52,235 nucleotides of DNA from a virus. Its lineage: Duplodnaviria; Caudoviricetes. Both the position numbers and the translations under genes were made by a program. Under the pieces are notes generated by a model. That model did no database searches. It had not been told where the DNA came from and worked only from the letters and a program-made list of their open reading frames with translations. Below, in pieces: positions 1 to 9,300 of the stretch. Numbering within the stretch: the first letter of the stretch is position 1; every line of letters begins with the position of its first letter. The stretch is taken from positions 1-52,235 of IMG/VR virus record IMGVR_UViG_3300046003_002393. One strand, written 5' to 3'.

Positions 1-3
1 GAA

Positions 4-129
4 GATTTCGGCCTCGACTACGCGAACTGGCCAGAGACCTTCGCGACCTTCGTTGCGTTGTACGCTGCTACTCAAGCGGGGATAAGAATCAGTCAGAGTG
101 AAAAAACGCTAGAGTTATTGACAAAAGAA
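4..129. repeat. Terminal direct repeat, left copy (126 bp); circular-assembly overlap
   Basis: 4-129 is identical to 52110-52235; the first 3 nt (GAA vs ACC) differ; the adaptor ORF continues in frame across the junction. Confidence 0.95.
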
Positions 130-276
130 TTGAAGAAAGCGAGGCGCGATGCGCTCTCCAAAGACGCCATGCAAGGCCCCACCCAATTCTTACCACAGGG
201 GGCTTGGAACTCCGCAAGACACGGTGGCCGCTATTCAAGATACGACAGGGGAAGCAGGAGTACCTTAATTGGCTAG
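4..276 (+). CDS. Tail adaptor / tail tubular protein A, C-terminal part (starts at 51738 and crosses the junction)
   Basis: Codon at position 4 (GAT) equals codon at 52110; frame ends at TAG 276 and overlaps the nozzle start; lies between capsid genes and nozzle. Confidence 0.8.
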   Translation, partial: DFGLDYANWPETFATFVALYAATQAGIRISQSEKTLELLTKELKKARRDALSKDAMQGPTQFLPQGAWNSARHGGRYSRYDRGSRSTLIG

Positions 277-2938
277 GCAAAACGGTGAACGGTTAGCTTT
301 CAACCGTGGGGTTGTCAGCCCTCTCTCGCTCGCGAGGGTGGATGTTAAGCGCATATCTCTGAGCGCCGAAGAGCAAACCAACTGGATGCCCCGCGTGCTT
401 GGACCGATGTCCTTGCGCCCAGGACTCCAGTTCATCGGCGGGTCGCACATGCACCAAGCGGCGAGGTATCTACCCTTCGTCTTTGCGGTAACAGACACAG
501 CGATTCTCGAACTAACTCCCAACATAATGCGGGTAATGGTATCGGACATAGAGATAACCCGGTCTGCTCTCGCCACCAGCGTTATCGCAAACGGCACCTT
601 CACATCAAACTTGACAAGCTGGACGGATAGCGATGAAGGAGGCTATGCGGTTTCAGCATGGCTCACAGGCGGGTATATGTCGCTACTTGGGGATGGCACA
701 CTCGCCGCAATACGCGAACAGACAGTAACCCTCTCGGGCAGCGGGGAACACGCCTTGCGGATCGTAGTCACCCAGGGGGTGTTACTCCTGCGGGTAGGCT
801 CGACCTCAGGCGGCGATGACTATATCTCGGAAACTTCACTAGGGGTAGGCACACACTCTCTCGCCTTCACTCCCTTGGGAACTTTCTATGTGAGGCTGTT
901 TAACCGCGATGATTACCCGACACTAGTGGATTCCTGCGTAATAGACGCTGCAGGGGAGTTGACGTTGCCTACTCCGTGGGGGGCTTCCGACCTGTCGAAT
1001 ATCAGGTACGCCCAATCTGGGGACATAATCTTCGTGGCGTGCAACGGTATCCGCCAGATGAAGATAGAGCGGCGCTCAACTACTAGCTGGTCGGTAGTGG
1101 ATTACGTCCCCTCTGACGGGCCGTTCTTGGTGGAGAACTTGTCTGCGATCACGCTGACATCCTCGACCATATCGGGCACCACGACTCTGACTGCTTCCAA
1201 AGCGTACTTCAAAGCCTCGAACGTGGGGTCGCTATTCAAGTTGACCTCAGAAGACGGGCACATACGAGACAAGATTCTGAGCGCTGCGGATGTGTACTCC
1301 GATGCGATCAGAGTAACAGGACTGACGATAGACCGAAACCTCCGCATCGTAACGACAGGAGTGTGGGTCGCCACATTAACCCTCCAACGCTCGGTAGGGG
1401 CGGTTGGAGCGTGGACGGACATTACCACTTACACCACAAACCAAGACGTAGAGTACAACGACGGTTACGATAACCAGATAATCTACTACCGACTCGGTAT
1501 CAAGACTGCGGAATACACGTCAGGCACGGCGGCGATAACGCTGAGTTACCTCTACGGCTCGCTTGCAGGGGTCGTCAAGATCACCGCGTACACCAACTCA
1601 ACTACCGTTACCGCTGTGGTACTAAGCGACCTCGGCTCAGTTGGTGCCACATCAACATGGGCGGAAGGCGCATGGTCAGATCGGAGAGGTTTCCCCTCAG
1701 CAGTAGCCATCCACGAAGGCCGGATGTGGTGGGCGGGTAAAGATAAGCAGTGGGGTTCTGTCAGCGATGCGTACTACAGCTATGGTGATGAACAGATAGG
1801 CGACGCCGGTACGATCGCACGGAGTATCGGTGCGGGGCCGGTGGACACGATTAACTGGCTGGTTTCCACCGAAGGGCTAGTCATGGGCGGCCAAGGTGGG
1901 GAGTTCACCTGTAGGTCGAACAGTCTGGGAGAACCCCTCACCCCCACGAACTTCAACATCAAACGCGGCACCACCGTTGGCTCCACGGCGGTAGACCCGC
2001 TTGAGGTGGATGCCAGCGTGATATTCGTTGACCGGTCGCGCACGCGGGTATACGAACTCACCAACGAAACCTTCGGGTCTACCTACGCGATCAAGGAACT
2101 GACCGCGCTCACTCCCGAGATCGGTAGACCAGAAATAATCCGCACTGCGGTACAGCGCAAGATTGATACCCGCATCCATTGCGTGCGAAGCGATGGCAAA
2201 GTTGCGGTGATGATTTTCGACAAGCTCGAAGAAGTTAACTGTTGGGTGTTGGTAGAGACCAACGGCTTTGTGGAAGACGTGGTTGTGATTCCTGCAGTCG
2301 GGGAGGAAGATCGGGTCTACTACTCGGTAAAGCGCACGATAGATGGCGCGACAGTCAGGTACTTGGAGAAGTGGGCGCTGACCAGCGAGTGCGAAGGCGG
2401 CACGCTGAACAAACAAGCAGACTCGTTCTTGATTTATAGCGGGGCGGCTACCCAGATCATCACGGGTCTCACGCACCTGGAAGCTGAAGAGGTCGTTGTG
2501 TGGGCTGATGGTGTTGACTTAGGAACCTATACGGTGGCTTTTGGCAGCGTGACTCTTGACCGAACAGTGACCGAGGCCGTTATAGGTTTGGGGTACTCGG
2601 CCACCTTCAAGAGTACGAAACTCGCCTACGCTTCCTATCTGCATGGCAGTGCGCTCACACAGAAGAAGCGTATTGATCACATCGGCGTGATACTGCGCAA
2701 CACGCATTACCAAGGACTTCAGTATGGGGACTCGTTCGATACCCTGGACGACCTACCTCTTGTTGACGCTGAACAGATAACCCCCGCCGATACGGTATGG
2801 GGTAGTTATGACTACGACTCCGTTGAATTTAACGGAACTTATGATGCGGATACCCGACTATGCCTGAAGGCGAACGCGCCCCGCCCGTGCACAATACTGG
2901 CAGCGGTAATCAGTATGAATACCAACGAAAAACTATAA
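269..2938 (+). CDS. Tail nozzle / tail tubular protein B (T7 gp12 / BPP-1-like)
   Basis: 889 aa, beta-rich; N-terminal FNRGVVSP..ARVD....NWMPRVLGPMSLRPG; YAQSGDIIFVAC; FPSAVAIHEGRMWWAG; C-terminal PRPCTILA; TTG start after GCAGGAG SD. Confidence 0.85.
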   Translation: MARQNGERLAFNRGVVSPLSLARVDVKRISLSAEEQTNWMPRVLGPMSLRPGLQFIGGSHMHQAARYLPFVFAVTDTAILELTPNIMRVMVSDIEITRSALATSVIANGTFTSNLTSWTDSDEGGYAVSAWLTGGYMSLLGDGTLAAIREQTVTLSGSGEHALRIVVTQGVLLLRVGSTSGGDDYISETSLGVGTHSLAFTPLGTFYVRLFNRDDYPTLVDSCVIDAAGELTLPTPWGASDLSNIRYAQSGDIIFVACNGIRQMKIERRSTTSWSVVDYVPSDGPFLVENLSAITLTSSTISGTTTLTASKAYFKASNVGSLFKLTSEDGHIRDKILSAADVYSDAIRVTGLTIDRNLRIVTTGVWVATLTLQRSVGAVGAWTDITTYTTNQDVEYNDGYDNQIIYYRLGIKTAEYTSGTAAITLSYLYGSLAGVVKITAYTNSTTVTAVVLSDLGSVGATSTWAEGAWSDRRGFPSAVAIHEGRMWWAGKDKQWGSVSDAYYSYGDEQIGDAGTIARSIGAGPVDTINWLVSTEGLVMGGQGGEFTCRSNSLGEPLTPTNFNIKRGTTVGSTAVDPLEVDASVIFVDRSRTRVYELTNETFGSTYAIKELTALTPEIGRPEIIRTAVQRKIDTRIHCVRSDGKVAVMIFDKLEEVNCWVLVETNGFVEDVVVIPAVGEEDRVYYSVKRTIDGATVRYLEKWALTSECEGGTLNKQADSFLIYSGAATQIITGLTHLEAEEVVVWADGVDLGTYTVAFGSVTLDRTVTEAVIGLGYSATFKSTKLAYASYLHGSALTQKKRIDHIGVILRNTHYQGLQYGDSFDTLDDLPLVDAEQITPADTVWGSYDYDSVEFNGTYDADTRLCLKANAPRPCTILAAVISMNTNEKL

Positions 2939-2948
2939 AGGTGATCTG

Positions 2949-3509
2949 ATGGGTGAGCAACTATCTCCGTCGATACTCGGCAGTATCGGAACCGGAATGC
3001 AAGCTGCAGGACAACTCAACGCTGGTTCCGCTTCGCGACGAGCGGGGGAAGCACAGCAAGTCGCCGCTGAGTATTCTGCCCGACAACTCGATACGAACGC
3101 AGGGCAAGCGCAAGCCGCCAGTCAGCGCGTCGCAGAGGAAGAAACCCGCAAGAGTATGCTGCTTCAGTCCCGAGCGATGGCGGTCTCCGCCGCTTCGGGG
3201 GGAGGTGCGCTCGACCCAACGGTGATGGCGTTGATATCTGGACTCTCTAAAGAAGGGCAACTCGCGTCTGAGACATTGCTCTACGGCGGGGCGGAACGCG
3301 CCCGTGGGATGCACGAACAGGCGAAGGCTACGAGGTACGAAGGTGCTACGCGAGCCGCAGCGGGGCATGCTGCGGAACGGACTTCACAGTTCAGCGCGAT
3401 GAGCACTATCTTGTCTGGGGCCACGAAGGATTGGGGTGGCGGGGGGTATAAGAACTCTCGTCGTGCGCCGATTAGCGAATCTGAGACAGTCTTTACAGGG
3501 AACCCATAA
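2949..3509 (+). CDS. Internal virion (ejection) protein, T7 gp14-like position
   Basis: 186 aa, Ala/Gly/Gln-rich helical, AASGG motif, directly after the nozzle. Confidence 0.65.
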   Translation: MGEQLSPSILGSIGTGMQAAGQLNAGSASRRAGEAQQVAAEYSARQLDTNAGQAQAASQRVAEEETRKSMLLQSRAMAVSAASGGGALDPTVMALISGLSKEGQLASETLLYGGAERARGMHEQAKATRYEGATRAAAGHAAERTSQFSAMSTILSGATKDWGGGGYKNSRRAPISESETVFTGNP

Positions 3510-6325
3510 TGCCAGTTCTGCCAGGCGTACAACAAAGGCTAAATCCTGAACCGTCAAGCACGGTAGCGCAGTACACGGGGGGTATCGCTGAGAACGCGGA
3601 GATTGCTCAAGGACAAGCTCTGACCAAAGCGGGGGGTGAGATCATCCAGATGGCGGATAAGCGTCGGGATGAGTTAGACGACTTGAGAGTTGTTGAAGCC
3701 GCTACCGACCTACGGAATCGGGAGTTGAAACTCACCGAAGAGTATAAAGCGATCAAGGGTGGCGATGTCATCAAGGCCAAGTTGCTCCCAACCTACGCTG
3801 CCAAGTTCAAAGCGGCTTCTGATGAAATTAGCTTCGGACTGTCCTCAGCGCAACAAAAGAAATTCGCGCCCCATGTTGCTACCGCCAGTGGAAACTTCCA
3901 AGCGAGCGCGATGGGCTACTCGATACATGAGTCCGAGGTTTATGCCGGCACGGTGTTTGAGAAAGACCTCGAATCTCGGGTGGGCGCTGCGGCTGCGACT
4001 TTCATGGACGACAGGCAGATTAACCTCCAGCGCGACGGGGGGAGAGCGATGGTTCTCGCCCGTATGGACACCTTGGGACTTAAAGATGGCACTGTTCGGG
4101 ATGAGACCGCGAAGGCTACTCTCGGAGCCATTAATGAGGGTGTTATCCACGCCGCGCTAAACGCGGGAAATACCGCACGCGCAAACGAATACTTCAACCG
4201 CCCTGACGTTCAGCGAGAAATGACGCAGAAGCAGATTGAAGAAACCCAGAAGATGCTGAAACCTGCTACGGACTTCGCTGCGGGGAAGGTGATCGCGGAT
4301 AGCGTCTACTCGATGTGGCAGAAAGATAAAACGATCAATACCGCTGAGTACGTCGCAGAGATGGCGAAGGGAAACCCTCAGATCGCTGAGAGAGCGCACA
4401 TGCTTGTCGCGCAGTACCAGCAAGCGCAGCACAGCATCAACCAAGAAAATAAAGGAAGCGCCTTGCTCGTTTTCCAAAAAAGCGGAGCAGATGCCAGTGC
4501 TCAGAGCAAGATGTTTAGTTCTAAAGAGTTCCGCGGTCTCCCCCCTTCAGATCAGGCTTCGGTCATAGATCATACTAACGCGCTAATTCACCAAGCTGTG
4601 AGGGAGTATCGTGCCGACGCGAACTTTACCCGTTCGGAGAACAGGTACGACGCACAAATCGCTAAAGCCGCAGAGCAAGAACGCAAAGCCGCCAACGTCG
4701 GTATGGCGGTAGATTTAGCAGAAAACCCAAAAGTTCTTAAAGAAATGACTCCCCAAAAATGGGCAGCGCTTGAGTTGGATGTTGACCTTAAACACATCGC
4801 TGAGTTGAAGAGAGAACAACAACGGTTGATAAAGGGCGTGGCTAGGCACGACGTAGACCCCGACCAGTTCAAGGCTGCGGTGGCGAACCTTCCGAAGGCT
4901 CAACAGGCAACGGTGAAAGCCCTGGCGGAACTGTACATCGCGAGTGAGCAAGAATCGACAGGGAAGCCCCTTGACGCTGCGGGACAAGCACGGGTAATCA
5001 GACGTGCCATTGACGAGGCCACACCTAAGAATCAAGAATCCTTCCACACTGGGGGAGAAGTACCCCTCTATAAACTGCCCCCCGAGAAGGCGCTATTCTT
5101 CAGCGCGTTGATGGGTAACTTCCCCGACAAGACTCAGTACAACCAAGCGTGGATGGAACAGATGTACGGCGACCAGACTAAAGATGTATCCAAACGCGCT
5201 GCTACGATGAGCATTCTACAGTCGGCGCAACGCAAGGGGGTTCATCTAAATATCGACGAACTAAACGCAGCGGTGGGCAAGAAGTTAGCCACCCCTGCTC
5301 CAACGGCTGCTCCAACGGCTGCTCCAACGGCTGCTCCAACGGCTGCTCCAACGGCTGCTCCAACGGCTGCTCCAACGGCTGCTCCAACCTCTACCGGAAA
5401 TGAGAACCTGGTCACTCCGAGTGCTCGACCGACTGGCGGAAAGGGACTTCCCGATGGGATGATAGCTGCGGGGACTATCGACCTCGCTAAACGGCAAGTA
5501 GTGCATAACGCCGATGGGAGTATAAGCACGGAATTGTCTAAAGGATTTAGCATCGACGGTAGGAACGTACTCATCCCGACGGTCATCGACGGTAAGATCG
5601 TGTCCGATACTGAGGCGATTGCACATTACCGTGCGACGTGGGAGAACTTAGGTGAGTTCAGTAGCGACGCGGCCTCTGATAGGTACGCGGAAATGTTGCA
5701 TAAAGACCAAGAGAAGCGGTACGCGAACCAAGCGAAACCTGTAACGGCTACACCGGCGCCAGAAAATGTGGCCAAGGAAGAAGCTCGTAAAAAGGAAATA
5801 ATATCTCTTGAGAAAGTAGAAAGAGCGCGTATAGCTGCTGAGGTAAAACAAAAAGCGGAAGCGAAGCAGAAAGCTGAAGCCACGGCTGCTGCTGAGGCAA
5901 AACAAAAAGCGGAAGCGAAGCAGAAAGCTGAAGCCACGGCTGCTGCTGAGGTAAAACAAAAAGCGGAAGCGAAGCAGAAAGCTGAAGCCACGGCTGCTGC
6001 TGAGGTAAAACAAAAAGCGGAAGCGAAGCAGAAAGCTGAATCTCAGGTGCAACAACTCTTGGAGGCGAATACGCTCTTAGCAGCGGCAAAACAAAAAGCT
6101 AACGAATCAGCCCCAACACCAGCGCCAGTAAAGGCTAAAGGACTTACCCAAAACCAAGCGCAACAACTCTTGGAGGCGAATACGCTCTTAGACGCAGCAC
6201 GAGGGAAAGGAGAGACAGCCCGAAAAGAAGCTGTAAATAAGGTATCAGACCAGCTATCTCACGAGCTACTACTAAAGCTGCTCGACCAACGCATATCCCA
6301 AAGCCAGAAGAAAGCAGGTAAATAG
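3509..6325 (+). CDS. Internal virion (ejection) protein, gp15-like position, with repeat-expanded C-terminus
   Basis: 938 aa helical; PTAA and AEVKQKAEAKQKAEATAA repeats flank a GTIDLAKRQVVHNADGSIST...VLIPTV...EAIAHYR...LGEF domain typical of phage DNA-transfer proteins. Confidence 0.7.
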   Translation: MPVLPGVQQRLNPEPSSTVAQYTGGIAENAEIAQGQALTKAGGEIIQMADKRRDELDDLRVVEAATDLRNRELKLTEEYKAIKGGDVIKAKLLPTYAAKFKAASDEISFGLSSAQQKKFAPHVATASGNFQASAMGYSIHESEVYAGTVFEKDLESRVGAAAATFMDDRQINLQRDGGRAMVLARMDTLGLKDGTVRDETAKATLGAINEGVIHAALNAGNTARANEYFNRPDVQREMTQKQIEETQKMLKPATDFAAGKVIADSVYSMWQKDKTINTAEYVAEMAKGNPQIAERAHMLVAQYQQAQHSINQENKGSALLVFQKSGADASAQSKMFSSKEFRGLPPSDQASVIDHTNALIHQAVREYRADANFTRSENRYDAQIAKAAEQERKAANVGMAVDLAENPKVLKEMTPQKWAALELDVDLKHIAELKREQQRLIKGVARHDVDPDQFKAAVANLPKAQQATVKALAELYIASEQESTGKPLDAAGQARVIRRAIDEATPKNQESFHTGGEVPLYKLPPEKALFFSALMGNFPDKTQYNQAWMEQMYGDQTKDVSKRAATMSILQSAQRKGVHLNIDELNAAVGKKLATPAPTAAPTAAPTAAPTAAPTAAPTAAPTAAPTSTGNENLVTPSARPTGGKGLPDGMIAAGTIDLAKRQVVHNADGSISTELSKGFSIDGRNVLIPTVIDGKIVSDTEAIAHYRATWENLGEFSSDAASDRYAEMLHKDQEKRYANQAKPVTATPAPENVAKEEARKKEIISLEKVERARIAAEVKQKAEAKQKAEATAAAEAKQKAEAKQKAEATAAAEVKQKAEAKQKAEATAAAEVKQKAEAKQKAESQVQQLLEANTLLAAAKQKANESAPTPAPVKAKGLTQNQAQQLLEANTLLDAARGKGETARKEAVNKVSDQLSHELLLKLLDQRISQSQKKAGK
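5295..5388 (+). repeat. 12-bp tandem repeat CTGCTCCAACGG x7.8 (PTAA linker)
   Basis: Seven perfect copies plus 10 nt of an eighth. Confidence 0.97.
5834..6040 (+). repeat. 54-bp tandem repeat x3.8 (18-aa Ala/Lys/Glu unit)
   Basis: Units start at 5834, 5888, 5942 and 5996; near identical (one T/C difference seen). Confidence 0.95.
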
Positions 6326-9300
6326 ATGGGGAATCTCGACGATGCAATCCTTGACGAAATCATCGCTCAACGCGGTTCAGGAGTACCTCCCCAAAGTATC
6401 CCAGGGACTTTAGCTCCTTCACCCCCTGCAAGCGCACAGAGGGCGAATCCCGACGATGCAATTCTTGACGAGATCATCGCTCAACGCGACCCCAACGCCG
6501 CGACTGCGGCGAGAGTACAGCAAGCCCTGGGCGACGCGGAAGGCAAGAAGCCCGAAGACGAAGCGCGACGCGCTCAACTTGCGGAGCAGCTAGGCACTGT
6601 ACCCGGCTTGCTACCCTCTATCCCCGAAGCCGAAGCGGAACTCAGGCGTAAGCAACTTCCGACACAAGCGGCAGACCTTGCGGCCAACTCTCCGAAGACA
6701 GCCAATTGGTCTTTGGTTCCGGGGCACACGGCCAGAGCAGGAACATTGGGACTCACGGCTCTCGCTAAGTTAGAGGAGTCGTTCCCCTCCATTGGATACC
6801 CGGCAACAAAACTTCGATCGGGTCTCGCTTCAGCCTCCGCAGGTACCGCAAAGTTAATCGACGATCTTGCGTCGTCCATATACAACCACGTTTACGGGGG
6901 GTACGAAGACCTGAAGGCCAAGCACAGAGCCGATGCGGGGATACCTAAACTGAACCCTCACGACACCTTCATGGGCCGCCTAGCCAAGAGTGAGCAAGAT
7001 AGAAGCGAATCCCTCGCAGCGCGTGCGGATATTATTGATCCTAGCCACAAAGACAAGAAGTACGCTGTCGGATGGAGTGACGAAAACGCGGCGTATAAAG
7101 ACCCGATGAAGATGTTCGGAGACGCTCTTCAATCCCTGCCGAGTACCGCCTTACTAATCGCTGCGAGCGTTGCGTCTAGGGGCGCGGCGGTGGAAGCGCG
7201 TCTTACAAGTTTAGCTGAAAGTGCCGCAGCGGGTATCGCTGAAAGCGTAGCAGCGGCAACCGCGACCAAAGCAGCGATTGCCGCTGCATCGAAGACTATG
7301 GCGATCTTCCAAGGCATAGGTGAGGGGGTTCTGTCCTACGCCCAAAACTCACTATCTACCACCTCTGAGGTGGAGAAGATGGCCTATGACAAGATCGCGA
7401 GCAGCCCGACACTTCAGAAGTACATCAAGATGGGTTACGGGCCTGACGTAGCGCAAGAACTAACTGCGCGTGAAGCCGGGCAGCAATCGGGTATCAGAGG
7501 CGGAGCCTTGACGGGGTTGATAGCCTTCATAGGCGGAAAGTTCACAGGTAAGTTTATCGGTGAAGGTGGCGCTTTCCTCCCCCGTTTTGGTAAGGGGGCG
7601 ATCAACGAAGCCCTTGTGGAAGCCCCCCAAGGTGGCCAAGAACAATGGCAGACCAACCTCGCTATCCGCGAGCACGCGGATAAGACACGCCAACCGGGTG
7701 AAGGAGTGCTTGAGGCTACGGTACAAGGGGCGGTATTAGGACCGATAATAGGTGGCCCGATTGCGGGTTTTGCGGGTAAACACACCCAAGCACAACAAGC
7801 TGTAACTGACCGCGATACACTAAACAAACTTGCGCTTGACGCAGCGGGTAATCCTGTTCGCGAACACTCTCCCAAACCGTACCGAGACTTCATCGACTCT
7901 CTGACAGAGGGGAGACCGGTGCGAGAAGTATTCATCGACACGAATATCCTCCGCGATGTGTTCGCACAAGCAGGAGTAACTGAGAGGGAGTTGACCACAG
8001 TATTCCCCGAGGTCGCCGCGCAGTTAGCCGATGAAGCCAACACCGAAGGGTTTGTCAGTATCAAGACTTCCGACTTGATCACAGGGATTAAGACCCCTGA
8101 GATTCTAAAGTCGGTGCTGGATAACGCTCGGGTTCAGACCGATGGTGAGATGGGTATGACCTTCGCGGAAGCTGAGGCGTTCTTTCAGACTCAGAACGAA
8201 GGCTTAACCCGTGCTCAAGTTAAGGCCGCTGAAGTGCAAGCCGCCGCGAAGCAACACGCTCAAGATATCGCAGAAATCCGCCAAACGATTACCGATGAGC
8301 TAGTCGCGACAGGACGATACGATAGGACCATAGCGGCGACGAATGCGGTGCCCATCACGGCGTTCTACGAACAACGCGCTAGGGACTTCAACGCTGGCCG
8401 CGCTAAGGAGGACTTCACAACAGCGAAGCAGTTGTTTGAACAGTATCCGTATAAGGCGCAGGGTGAAGCGAGTAAATCCATCGGAGAAAACTTCGCGCAG
8501 ACGTCGAGGCTGGAAGACTTCTCCGACCCGAATACCTTCTATCGGGTGATTCGCGGAGATAAAGCATTCCAAGATATTCTTGATACCGGCACGGTCAGAA
8601 CAGACTCTACTAAAAAGACTGGACTAGATAGGCCAACCCTGTTCCCATCGTTCTCTAAAGGTGGCGTGTCAGAGTCCTATGCTGAAGGTGAAGATAACCA
8701 CTACGTTATTACTTCCACCGATTCTTCTATTCAACCCTCCAAGAAGGGCAGACACGGAAAAGGCACCACGATGTTCCCGACTGATCTGGCGGGAAATCAT
8801 CTACCAAGCATAGAAGGCAGTAAAGTCAACGTGTATAAGCACACTGGCAAGGGCAACTATGAATTGGTGTACTCCAACGGAAAGCAAGTTACCCAAGGCG
8901 GTGAGAAGGGTTCGTTCAATCAAGGAGGCGCAGCCACCCCTAGTATCCCAGAACAGTTCTACAGCCAGCTACGCAAAGTATTCCGCGATGCGCCTGAAAA
9001 GATATTCACCGGCGGTGCACAGGTCAAGGCTTGGCTGGCCTCTAATCATGGCAAGTTGGGTATCAAGAAAGAAGAGATATTCTGGTCAGGGATAAACGAG
9101 TACCTTGATATTACAGGCAAGGTAAGCAAGGCGGATGTGCTGGCGTTCCTTGACGGTAACGGGGCTAAGGTTGAAGTGAAGATGCTTGGTAAAGAGCCAA
9201 CTAATGCGGCCGAATTCAAAAAACGAGAAGATGAATTAGATGACCTGCGTGACCGAGGGGGGCGTATATCCCATGATGAGTGGCGACGACGCATGACCGA

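Noticed and set aside
1-129. 126-bp end repeat as a biological terminal repeat
   Set aside because: It falls in the middle of the adaptor gene and its length is close to a common assembler k-mer, so it is best read as circular assembly overlap
5295-6040. Tandem repeats as a CRISPR array
   Set aside because: No unique spacers; units are multiples of 3 within a coding frame
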